A stretch of DNA of 32,000 nt from positions 50,605-82,604 of the forward strand of contig CAZFVS010000001.1 in the NCBI GenBank assembly GCA_964522265.1, read 5' to 3'. Shown piece after piece: positions 14,707-22,893 of the stretch. This DNA is from an uncultured Gammaproteobacteria bacterium. Its GTDB lineage: Bacteria > Patescibacteriota > Microgenomatia > Daviesbacterales > UBA10151. Under the pieces are notes generated by a model, which worked only from the letters and a program-made list of their open reading frames with translations, was not told where the DNA came from and searched no databases. Position 1 is the first letter of the stretch; each line of letters begins with the position of its first letter. Both the position numbers and the translations under genes were made by a program.

Positions 14707-15794
14707 TTGCAGACCTTTCCGATAATTCTTAACAAATTCTTTTCTAGAATTGGCAAAGAAAAATTTTTTAGTACAGTATCTCTTGCATTTAATCCTATTT
14801 TATCAACAATTTTTTTATTTTTCTTATAATCTATTAATATGTTCTCCAATTTATTAACTAAGGCGTCAGCGTTAGATCTTTGAATAATATAACCATTGGA
14901 TCCATCCCTAATGAATTTTTTAATTTCCGGACAATTACCTACCACTACCGGTAGAGACATTGCCATGGCAGCTATCATGTTTGATGATAAAGCCCGTTCG
15001 CCTTGAATCCCTTTTCCCAATGATCCTACCCAAATATCGGCGAGCGAGAGATATTTTGGTAAATCAATATATTTTACAAAAGATATGGAAACAACGTTTT
15101 TAGCGGTATAAGGTAATTTTTGACCTAGTATAAAAAAAATAACATTTTTATTTTTAATTTTTTTTGCAGCTTTAAGAATTATGTCAACTCCGTGGTAAGG
15201 ATGGAAATACCCATGGTACATGATCACAATTTTATTTTTTAGTTTTTTACTGATATTGGGTATAGGTTGAGTATTATTTTTGGTAAATAATTCACTATCC
15301 ACGCAGCTATAAGTTACAAAAACTTTATTTTTAGAGATTGCATAATATTGAACTATTAAATTCTTCATATTTTGAGTATGAGTTATTACTAAATCAAATA
15401 ATTTATATAAATAAGGATCAATATATTTAAATAAATATTTTAATTTATTATCTGTTACCTCATAGTTATAAATTGAAGTAGTGAAGTGGTCTAAAACAAG
15501 CTTTTTTCCAAAAATTTTTGCAATTGGAGCAAATAAAAACCAAGAAATAGATGTATATATGATTACCACATCACACAATGCGATTTCAGTTAATATCTTT
15601 GGTAGAAGGAAGAATAAACGAAATACCCTTATTACCAAAGCAGACTTTTCTAATTGGTAATCGGTAATTGATATAGGGGAAATTACATTGACAGCATACT
15701 GTTTAGATAATATCATTAATTCCTGATCGGCACGAAAATAGTAAGCTGATGAGGCTTTTTCTCTCGGTGGGAAAAGTATCAATATTTTTTTCAT
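14703..15794 (-). CDS. GT-B fold glycosyltransferase (GT4/group 1 like)
   Basis: YHGYFHPYHGVDIILKAAKKI...FFILG, followed by the C-terminal EX7E-type region GERALSSNMIAAMAMSLPVVVGNCPEIKKFIRDGSNGYII. First gene of the minus-strand arm. Confidence 0.75.
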   Translation of the reverse strand: MKKILILFPPREKASSAYYFRADQELMILSKQYAVNVISPISITDYQLEKSALVIRVFRLFFLLPKILTEIALCDVVIIYTSISWFLFAPIAKIFGKKLVLDHFTTSIYNYEVTDNKLKYLFKYIDPYLYKLFDLVITHTQNMKNLIVQYYAISKNKVFVTYSCVDSELFTKNNTQPIPNISKKLKNKIVIMYHGYFHPYHGVDIILKAAKKIKNKNVIFFILGQKLPYTAKNVVSISFVKYIDLPKYLSLADIWVGSLGKGIQGERALSSNMIAAMAMSLPVVVGNCPEIKKFIRDGSNGYIIQRSNADALVNKLENILIDYKKNKKIVDKIGLNARDTVLKNFSLPILEKNLLRIIGKVCK

Positions 15795-15968
15795 ATTAAA
15801 GTTAGGCTAAACCTAATGCTAATTATATACCCTTCATACGAGACTGATTATTCCAGAAATAAAATAATAATCAAAGGGTTAAAAAGATGCCGGATGACGG
15901 ATTGGATGATTTACATAAAATATCTAATGTTGTATTATCCCCACACACAGTAAGTTGGAATATCAGAT
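15795..15968. promoter_or_regulatory. Strand-switch intergenic region (divergent promoters expected), largely occupied by gene remnants
   Basis: At 174 nt this is the only sizeable divergent non-coding stretch in the window, so promoters for the minus arm (GT4 onward) and the plus island must lie here. No individual -35/-10 element can be called above the AT-rich background. Confidence 0.3.
15816..15890 (+). pseudogene. 5' fragment (about 25 codons) of a GT-B glycosyltransferase paralogous to the gene at 17206
   Basis: A short ORF at 15816..15953 begins MLIIYPSYETDYSRNKIIIKGLKR. The GT at 17206 begins MKVIYFGSYEPDYSRNRIIIKGLKR. My hand alignment gives 16 of 18 identical residues and 43 of 54 nt identical over the core. 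Similarity ends after KGLKR. Coordinates are anchored on ORF-track frame 15887. Confidence 0.6.
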
Positions 15969-17204
15969 ATGCCTTCAGGAAAACTACCAAAACAACTTCA
16001 AAGCAACCAGGAGCACATCATCAAGAAAGTTTTGTATGCAATGGCGGTTTATGGAAAAGAAGAAATCAATGCAGTGATTAAATCATTGCAGAATAGGTGG
16101 TTGGCTTCCGGTCCCCTAGTTAAAGAATTTGAAGAAAAAATGGCATCCTTATTTGGTAAAAAATATGGAATAGCCGTGAACTCTGGATCATCCGCCAACT
16201 TAATAACCTTGCATTTACTGGATCTTCCAGAAGGGAGCGAAGTGATTACCCCGGCTTGTACATTTTCTACAACAGTATCCACAATAATCCAAAACAGACT
16301 AATCCCTGTTTTTGTTGATAGTGTTATCGGAAGGTACACGATTGATGAAAATTTAGTGGAAGGAGCAATTACAAAAAAAACAAAAGCCATACTTGCGCCA
16401 CATTTAGTTGGAGGGGTTTGTAATATGGAGAAGTTAAAAAGAATTACAGATATGTATAATTTGTTTCTAATTGACGATTCGTGTGATGCTTTGGCTCCGA
16501 AACTGCATGGAAGACCGATTGCTGTTTTTGGGGATATGACTACTACTTCTTTTTACGGTTCACATATCATAACTGCTTTGGGATTTGGTGGAATGCTTAT
16601 GACAGATGATAAAAAAATATATACACGAGCACTAGCTTTAAGGGATTGGGGGAGGGTTGGGGATGATCGTGAAGCTTTTGAAGACAGATTTAATTTTGAG
16701 ATTGATAATATCCCTTATGATTCAAAATTTCTATATACGGAAATAGGCTATAATTTAAAAATGAATGAGGCTGCAGCTGCTTTTGGATTAGAACAAATAA
16801 AAAAATTACCCCAATTTCTTAAAATACGTCAGAATAACTTTGATACGATGAAAAAGTTTTTTTCTCAATATTATGAATGGTTCTATATACCCTATCTCAT
16901 TTCAGGTGCAGAAACTGCTTGGTTAGCTTTCCCGTTAACCATCAAAGCAGAAGCCCCGTTTAACAGGTATGATTTTTTAAAACACATGGAAATGAATGGG
17001 ATTCAAACAAGGGTTCTTTTTTCAGGTAATATCACAAGGCATCCTTTATATAAAAAAATAGAACATAGGATTTACGGAAACTTAAAAAATGCCGATGAAA
17101 TTATGAGATCCGGATTACTTCTTGGATGTCATCATGGTATGGCAGATCAAGATGTAGCTTACGTTCTGGATACCGCCGAAAAATTTCTTAACTCATATCG
17201 TTAG
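15969..17204 (+). CDS. RfbH/AscC/ColD-type PMP-dependent NDP-4-keto-6-deoxyhexose 3-dehydrase (DegT family, active-site His instead of Lys), copy 1
   Basis: NRWLASGPLVKEFE, VNSGSSANL, IDDSCDALA, TSFYGSHIIT (His199, nt 16563-16565, where aminotransferases have Lys), LRDWGR, YDSKFLYTEIGYNLKMNE, QTRVLFSGNITRHPLY. GFGG replaces the usual GEGG. There is no Cys after RDWGR. Confidence 0.75.
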   Translation: MPSGKLPKQLQSNQEHIIKKVLYAMAVYGKEEINAVIKSLQNRWLASGPLVKEFEEKMASLFGKKYGIAVNSGSSANLITLHLLDLPEGSEVITPACTFSTTVSTIIQNRLIPVFVDSVIGRYTIDENLVEGAITKKTKAILAPHLVGGVCNMEKLKRITDMYNLFLIDDSCDALAPKLHGRPIAVFGDMTTTSFYGSHIITALGFGGMLMTDDKKIYTRALALRDWGRVGDDREAFEDRFNFEIDNIPYDSKFLYTEIGYNLKMNEAAAAFGLEQIKKLPQFLKIRQNNFDTMKKFFSQYYEWFYIPYLISGAETAWLAFPLTIKAEAPFNRYDFLKHMEMNGIQTRVLFSGNITRHPLYKKIEHRIYGNLKNADEIMRSGLLLGCHHGMADQDVAYVLDTAEKFLNSYR

Positions 17205-17205
17205 C

Positions 17206-18237
17206 ATGAAAGTCATCTATTTTGGTTCTTATGAACCTGATTATTCAAGAAACAGAATAATAATTAAAGGGCTGAAAAGGAATGGAATACATGTTGTAGA
17301 GTGCCGAGCAAAAGGAATTGTCTTCAAAAGATATCCTAAGCTATTTCTAAACTTCTTAAAACAATTTAGAGGATCTAGTGCAATAATAGTGGGATTTTCA
17401 GGACATACTGATGTTCCAATGGCATTTTTACTCTCTAAAATCTTCCGAAAGAAATTATTTTTTGATATTTTCACTTCACAATATGAAACATACGTTCAAG
17501 ATCGAAAAGAGGTTGAGGCACAATCAATATCCGCTAAAATATTTTTTTTAATAGATTGGTTTGGGATTCATTTGGCGGATTATGTAATTTGTGATACTAG
17601 GGCTCATTCTAAGTACTATAAAAAAATGTTTGGATTACAAAAAAAGAGATCTCTGATTTTATATCTAGGTTCTGATTATGATATTTTTACTCCGTCTAGA
17701 TATAGAGAAGTAACAGATGTATTGTTTTACGGATATTTTCAACCACAGCATGGAGTTTTAACAATAATTAAAGCAGCAGCTAAACTTCCATATTTAAAAT
17801 TTAAAATGATTGGTCATGGACAGGACAGAAAACCTGCGGAGCAATTAGCTAAAAGGCTCAAATTAAAAAATATCCAATTTGTAGATAAGATGGAAATTAC
17901 AAAACTAGCAAAGGAATTAAACAGATCAAAAATAATCCTTGGCATCTTCGGATTAACTGAAAAAGCAGATTGCATTGTTAATAACAAAGTATACGATGGA
18001 TTGGCAGTGAAAAAACCCGTAATTACTGCACTAACTAAAGGAACTGCGGAGCTCCTAAGTAATGAAACTAACTGTATTTTAATTGAACCAAATAATCCCG
18101 CCCATTTAGTTAAGAGTATTAAACTTTTAATCAAAAATAACAAATTAAGAACTAAAATTGCCGAGAATGGATATAAATTATATATGGATAAATTGAAACC
18201 TGAAATTGTGACTAAACAATTAATTAAATACTTATGA
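17206..18237 (+). CDS. GT-B fold glycosyltransferase (GT4-like)
   Basis: The start lies 1 nt after the preceding stop. The N-terminal YFGSYEPDYSRNRIIIKGLKRNGIHVVEC is typical of a GT4 subgroup. C-terminal Rossmann half: FYGYFQPQHGVLTIIKAAAKL...NNKVYDGLAVKKPVIT...NCILIEPNNP. Confidence 0.75.
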   Translation: MKVIYFGSYEPDYSRNRIIIKGLKRNGIHVVECRAKGIVFKRYPKLFLNFLKQFRGSSAIIVGFSGHTDVPMAFLLSKIFRKKLFFDIFTSQYETYVQDRKEVEAQSISAKIFFLIDWFGIHLADYVICDTRAHSKYYKKMFGLQKKRSLILYLGSDYDIFTPSRYREVTDVLFYGYFQPQHGVLTIIKAAAKLPYLKFKMIGHGQDRKPAEQLAKRLKLKNIQFVDKMEITKLAKELNRSKIILGIFGLTEKADCIVNNKVYDGLAVKKPVITALTKGTAELLSNETNCILIEPNNPAHLVKSIKLLIKNNKLRTKIAENGYKLYMDKLKPEIVTKQLIKYL

Positions 18238-19208
18238 AAAAAGTTCTTTTTTTGGCCCCAGGCCATTCATCATTTAGAAAACCGATAACTAAGACTTTTC
18301 TGCATCTAGGTTGGGAAGTAAAATTTTTTGACTATAGGAAGGGGGATTTACTTATTAGAATTCTCAGGTTTTTGCCAATTGTGGGCGGATTCAAAAAAGC
18401 AAAAGAGGCTATTAATAAAAAAATCGTTAAAATTGCTAGAAGTTATGATCCGAAACTTATTTTTGTAAATAAAGGAGAATTAATACCAAAGGTAGTCATT
18501 CAGGAAATAAAATCAAAAAATAATAGAATCATCAATCTTTTCCCGGAGTATTTAAATTATTGGAAAATGGCAAGAGATTTATCGTCGTTTTATGATATTT
18601 TTTTAGTTTTCGATTACCCGTTACTTAAAAGGCTTAATAAAATTGGGAGAAAAAACGCTTATTATTTACCTTTTGGAGCAGAAATAGAAAAAAAAGAAGA
18701 TAGAAAGAAAATTTATGACATTTCTTTTATTGGCACCTGGAGAAAATCAAGGGAAAATACTTTAAAAAAATTATCTGAGTTTAATTTAAATATCTGGGGA
18801 GATTCCAGATGGTATAATTCTTCGTTGAAACAGTTTGTTAAAGGAGGTAGAATTTCTCAACAAAAAATGAAAGATATTATTAAAAAAAGCAAAATTAATT
18901 TGAATATTTATTTTGCCGGATTTAAACTTGATGGAGCAGCTTTGAGAGTATTTGAGGTAACAGGATGCGGAGAATTTTTATTAAGTGAATATAAGAACTC
19001 TATCTCAAAACTTTATAAGCTAGGTAAGGAAGTAGTCTGTTACCGAACAATTCAGGAAATGAAAAAAAAGATTACTTATTTTCTGAACAACCCGGAAGAA
19101 AGGGAAAAAATTGCTCTTTGGGGATACAATAGAGCCAGAAAGAATCACACTTGGGAAAAAAGATTAAATAAAATTTTAGCCATGTCCAAATCTGATAGCA
19201 TATTTTAA
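18234..19208 (+). CDS. CgeB-family (Glyco_trans_1_2 type) glycosyltransferase-like protein
   Basis: ATGA overlap with the upstream GT. INLNIYF...GAALRVFEVTGCGEFLLSEY...GKEVVCYRTIQEMKKKITYFLNNPEEREKIALWGYNRARKNHTWEKRLNKIL matches the CgeB/YkvP C-terminal domain pattern. Confidence 0.7.
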   Translation: MKKVLFLAPGHSSFRKPITKTFLHLGWEVKFFDYRKGDLLIRILRFLPIVGGFKKAKEAINKKIVKIARSYDPKLIFVNKGELIPKVVIQEIKSKNNRIINLFPEYLNYWKMARDLSSFYDIFLVFDYPLLKRLNKIGRKNAYYLPFGAEIEKKEDRKKIYDISFIGTWRKSRENTLKKLSEFNLNIWGDSRWYNSSLKQFVKGGRISQQKMKDIIKKSKINLNIYFAGFKLDGAALRVFEVTGCGEFLLSEYKNSISKLYKLGKEVVCYRTIQEMKKKITYFLNNPEEREKIALWGYNRARKNHTWEKRLNKILAMSKSDSIF

Positions 19209-20150
19209 ATAATCTTTTATTCCGTTTTCCAAACTATATTGTAGATTCCATCCCAGCAAGATTCTTATCTTTGTTATATCCATGGTTCCTCTTTTGGGCC
19301 TATCATCGGGTTTCCCTTGCAGCTCATACTTTAAGTCTGGGAAATGTTTTTTTAATTCATAAACAAATTCAGGGAGCAAAACAGCACCACCTCCGGTAAT
19401 TTGAAAAATTTCATTAACTTGTTTGGATAGCACCACACTGGTAATGCCAGAAACAAGATCTTTTACATAGGTGAAATCTAAAAGTGCATCTTGATTTACC
19501 CAGAATGTTTCTTTTTGAATAGCTTTATTGACAAAAACTTGGGCAACCCGCATATTTGCATCCCCAAATCCATAAACTGATGTTGTTCTGACTATGTTCC
19601 ACCTACTTAAATATGATTTAGTGATTATTTCACCGATTGCTTTAGATATACCATAAGGGGTTTTAGGGTTAAGAGGGGTTTTCTCGGTTGTGGACCAGTC
19701 ATCAATATCACCATTGGCAAAAATCGATGATATATATAAAAACCTGTCAACATCATTTTTTTTAACATCAGAGACGATAGATTCTGTTAAAATAGTGTGA
19801 TCAACTACTTGTTTTTTACCTAAATTCGGATCTGTAGAGCCTTCTATGGAGATGGCTGCCAAATCTATTACAATATCCGGTTTTACATCCTCCATAATTT
19901 TGGTTCCTCCGTACATATAGTCAATAGGAAAAATTATAGCCCCTTTTATTAAAAATTTATTTCTGAAGTTCAAAACTTTTTGTAAAAATTCGGAAGATAT
20001 TTCTGAATAATTATAAAAGGGATCAATAATAAAAATTTTATGGCCTAAACTAATAAGTAGATTGGTTAGCCATGAACCAATAAATCCACCTCCTCCTATA
20101 ATTAAGATTTTTTTTTGTAATTTTTTTTGACCCAAGAATCTTGGTTTCAT
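19176..20150 (-). CDS. NAD-dependent epimerase/dehydratase family SDR
   Basis: IIGGGGFIGSWL Rossmann motif, canonical TPYGISK (YxxxK), and YGFGD. It lies immediately downstream of 3-dehydrase copy 2, so it is a plausible 4-reductase or epimerase partner. Its 3' end overlaps the convergent CgeB-like gene by 33 nt. Confidence 0.8.
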   Translation of the reverse strand: MKPRFLGQKKLQKKILIIGGGGFIGSWLTNLLISLGHKIFIIDPFYNYSEISSEFLQKVLNFRNKFLIKGAIIFPIDYMYGGTKIMEDVKPDIVIDLAAISIEGSTDPNLGKKQVVDHTILTESIVSDVKKNDVDRFLYISSIFANGDIDDWSTTEKTPLNPKTPYGISKAIGEIITKSYLSRWNIVRTTSVYGFGDANMRVAQVFVNKAIQKETFWVNQDALLDFTYVKDLVSGITSVVLSKQVNEIFQITGGGAVLLPEFVYELKKHFPDLKYELQGKPDDRPKRGTMDITKIRILLGWNLQYSLENGIKDYLKYAIRFGHG

Positions 20151-20183
20151 TAATACAGGGCAGGTAATTTAAATGAGTAGTTT

Positions 20184-21398
20184 TTATCGTTCAAAATACT
20201 CTTTGAAAGAAGAAACTATGTAATTTATCATTTCTTCGGTTACGGTAGGGTGGACGCTGATAAAAAACGAGTTGAATAAGATATTATTGGTGATTTTTAA
20301 ATCTCCTTCTCGTCGGTGGTCAATATTTTGATAGGCGGGCTGTTTTAAAATATTACCTGCAAAAATAACTCTTGTCTCAATATTTTTTTCTTCTAAAAAC
20401 TTTAACATATTTTTACGGGCTTGATCTTTACAAAAAACACAGTTTTTTAATGTAATTGGAAAAGAAAACCAGCTGATTTGGGCTTCTTCGTGTACTTTTG
20501 GCAGCAAAAGATATTCAGAGAACTGACTTAAACCTTTATGAAGCATGTTAAAATTATTTTGTCTGTCATCAATTATTTTTTTGAGTTTCTTAAGTTGAAT
20601 TCTACCCATCGCTGCCTGTAGTTCAAGAGGTCTGAAATTAAAACCACGGGTGATATATGTATAACGGGATTGATAGTCGGGTGGTAATTCTTTGTATTGA
20701 TCATGTACCCCTTCATCTGAATCGAGCGCCCGGCCCCATTCCCGCAATGAAACCGCTTTTTTGTAAAGATTACTATCATTTGTGAACAAAGCTCCTCCCT
20801 CACCGGTTGTGATAATATGTGCTGCCATAAAAGAAGTGCATGATAAATCCGCAAAAGACTCAACGGGTTTACCAGCAAATTTAGATCCATAGCCATCGCA
20901 ATTATCTATAATTAGAAAAAGTCCATGTTTTTTGGTAATTTCCCGAAGTTTCTTTAAATCCGGCACACTACCGGCAATATTGACACACAAAACAGCTTTG
21001 GTTTTTTGAGTAATCGCCTTTTCGACTTCCCCTAAGTCTAAACAATAATTTTGAGGTTCTACATCTATAAAAACGGGTTTGTAGCGGTTTAACAAAACAG
21101 CGTTGATAGCTGTAGGAAAGTTTACGGCAGGTATAATAACCTCTGATTCATCCGGCAGTTCTATAGCTGAAAAAGCCAGCATTAGTGCAGAAGAGCCGGA
21201 GTTTACAAACACGGCATGTTTGACTTCTGATGTTTGGGCAAGTTCTTTTTCAAATTCTCTTCCCTCCGCATCAAGCGTCCACCAATTGCGCGATAAAACC
21301 TTATTGATAGCATTTATTTCTGTTTTATCTACAACAGCCCCCCCATATTTTATGCGAGTTTTACCAGGGATAAAACTTTTGGAAGTATCAGCCTGCAT
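20184..21398 (-). CDS. RfbH/AscC/ColD-type PMP-dependent NDP-4-keto-6-deoxyhexose 3-dehydrase (His instead of Lys), copy 2
   Basis: RNWWTLDAEGREFE, VNSGSSAL, IDNCDGYG, TSFMAAHIITTGEGG (His194, nt 20817-20819), LREWGR, YQSRYTYITRGFNFRPLE, ETRVIFAGNILKQPAY. I judge roughly one third identity to copy 1 by eye. Confidence 0.75.
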   Translation of the reverse strand: MQADTSKSFIPGKTRIKYGGAVVDKTEINAINKVLSRNWWTLDAEGREFEKELAQTSEVKHAVFVNSGSSALMLAFSAIELPDESEVIIPAVNFPTAINAVLLNRYKPVFIDVEPQNYCLDLGEVEKAITQKTKAVLCVNIAGSVPDLKKLREITKKHGLFLIIDNCDGYGSKFAGKPVESFADLSCTSFMAAHIITTGEGGALFTNDSNLYKKAVSLREWGRALDSDEGVHDQYKELPPDYQSRYTYITRGFNFRPLELQAAMGRIQLKKLKKIIDDRQNNFNMLHKGLSQFSEYLLLPKVHEEAQISWFSFPITLKNCVFCKDQARKNMLKFLEEKNIETRVIFAGNILKQPAYQNIDHRREGDLKITNNILFNSFFISVHPTVTEEMINYIVSSFKEYFER

Positions 21399-21485
21399 AA
21401 CTTCCCTTTTTTACCAAATATAAACTTTTTTCACAAGGGGGAATGTGGTACCAAATTTGACCCGGAGATATTTCAAAAAGAACCC

Positions 21486-22841
21486 TTAATGATAATCGTA
21501 AAGTTTGTTAAGGATGTTGACTACTTTTTTTAGTCTTTGGGAATAGGAAAGATTGTCATGGTATAAATATTTTTTAATTGCTTGAGACAGCACTCCCTTA
21601 TATGTTCTGTGGTTTGGATTATCTGCATAAAATCTTTTAACCATTTGCCTGAACAATTTTGATAACTCTGTATCAGTGTTAGCAATAAACCACCCGGGGA
21701 TATCTTTTGCCCCTTTAAAATGATGCCATTTTAAATGGTTAGCAGGCGACATTGGGTTTGGGTCATGTTCGGTTGCAGGGATTAGCGAAGGAACATCAAA
21801 GATAGCAGCCTCTAAAATTAGAGATGATAGAGGAGAAATTATAAATAAGGCATTTTTCATTAACTCGGTATTATAATCCAGTTCCGGAAAGTTTTGGCTT
21901 AATGCTGATTCCAACCCCTTTTCTTTATTGTTGTAGTAATCATTAGCGATTTGAGGATCCAAAACGATATTTTTGTAGTCAGATGCTTGAAAGAAATCAT
22001 CACCCGAGCGCTTTTCTCTATTGGGATGAGGGCGGTAAATAATTTTTACATTTTTGATTCTCAATTTTGAGACCGTTTTGTCTAAAAGCCTTAAAGGTGT
22101 TATTTCATCATGTGCAGTTTGTGTACCTGCAAAAAGTATATATTTAAAAGGAAACGGTTTTTTTTTATATTCATGTGTTTTGAAGTAATCCTCATATCTC
22201 GCACAACCAATCAAAAAACATCTCTTGGGAGCCATACCCTGGATTTTAACTGCATCATTAAATTGTTGAGGCCCCCAAACCCCCAAAAAATCAGGTTTGA
22301 GTAAAAATACAGCTTTACTGGAGAGATTATCCCAACCGTTGACAAGAAAAAAAGTTTCAAAGCTATATTTTTTTGAAAGCGCGATCAATTCGTATGAAGT
22401 GCCTTCGGTTCCCGTTAAAGGCAGAATCACTAAATTGGGTTTGTATATCTTAATAATTTTTTCAAGAGAGGGGTTTGGTTTCAATTTATATATAAATATT
22501 TTTTTTGTAAAGTTAAAAATTAAAGGAGAGGAGAATATTCTAAACATAATCTCGCTTTTTAAATCATGTTTATAAATTATGGTTTTTATATCAAATGTAG
22601 AAGACTTTTTTCTTAGGGTCCTCATGGCGATTTTATTCCAAATAAAAACTGTTTCTTTATTTTCCTCAGATCTCTTATAAGGCAATATAAATTTATTTTT
22701 AGGAATCCGTGGGTCCTTTGAAATTACTTGAGTAGCTTTACTAATTTTAAAATTATTTTTTTTTAAAAGCTCATCAAAGGCCCCGGATTTAATAAAGTTT
22801 CTAAAATACAGATCATTATCAATAACAGCTAAAATTTTCAT
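21486..22841 (-). CDS. Uncharacterised 451-aa protein, possibly a two-Rossmann-domain (GT-B-like) glycosyl- or phospho-transferase
   Basis: Long ORF with an ATG start. The alternating beta/alpha pattern, FLVNGWDNLSSK, YILFAGTQ, IIYRPHP and FIISPLSSLILEAAIFDVPSLI loosely recall capsule-synthesis or TagF-like GT-B enzymes. I cannot recognise a family-level match. Confidence 0.4.
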   Translation of the reverse strand: MKILAVIDNDLYFRNFIKSGAFDELLKKNNFKISKATQVISKDPRIPKNKFILPYKRSEENKETVFIWNKIAMRTLRKKSSTFDIKTIIYKHDLKSEIMFRIFSSPLIFNFTKKIFIYKLKPNPSLEKIIKIYKPNLVILPLTGTEGTSYELIALSKKYSFETFFLVNGWDNLSSKAVFLLKPDFLGVWGPQQFNDAVKIQGMAPKRCFLIGCARYEDYFKTHEYKKKPFPFKYILFAGTQTAHDEITPLRLLDKTVSKLRIKNVKIIYRPHPNREKRSGDDFFQASDYKNIVLDPQIANDYYNNKEKGLESALSQNFPELDYNTELMKNALFIISPLSSLILEAAIFDVPSLIPATEHDPNPMSPANHLKWHHFKGAKDIPGWFIANTDTELSKLFRQMVKRFYADNPNHRTYKGVLSQAIKKYLYHDNLSYSQRLKKVVNILNKLYDYH

Positions 22842-22893
22842 TTGAACTCAAGTGCGGTTACTATAGCAAAGTTAAGTTATACACACAAGCTTT

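Noticed and set aside
15887-16081. 64-aa ORF MPDDGLDDLHKISNVVLSPHTVSW..., whose NVVLSPH resembles the NVxxTPH motif near the C-terminus of D-2-hydroxyacid dehydrogenases; possibly a second gene remnant
   Set aside because: Only a 7-residue resemblance, with nothing recognisable on either side. The ORF overlaps the 5' end of the 3-dehydrase gene in another frame. That is too little to claim a remnant.
15969-21398. Possibility that the two His-type DegT proteins are classical Fe-S E1 (AscC/RfbH) enzymes needing an E3 reductase
   Set aside because: The region after RDWGR/REWGR, where I recall the CxCx7C ligands in RfbH, has no cysteines in either copy. No E3-like reductase is in the window. I therefore call them ColD-like in mechanism, pending alignment.
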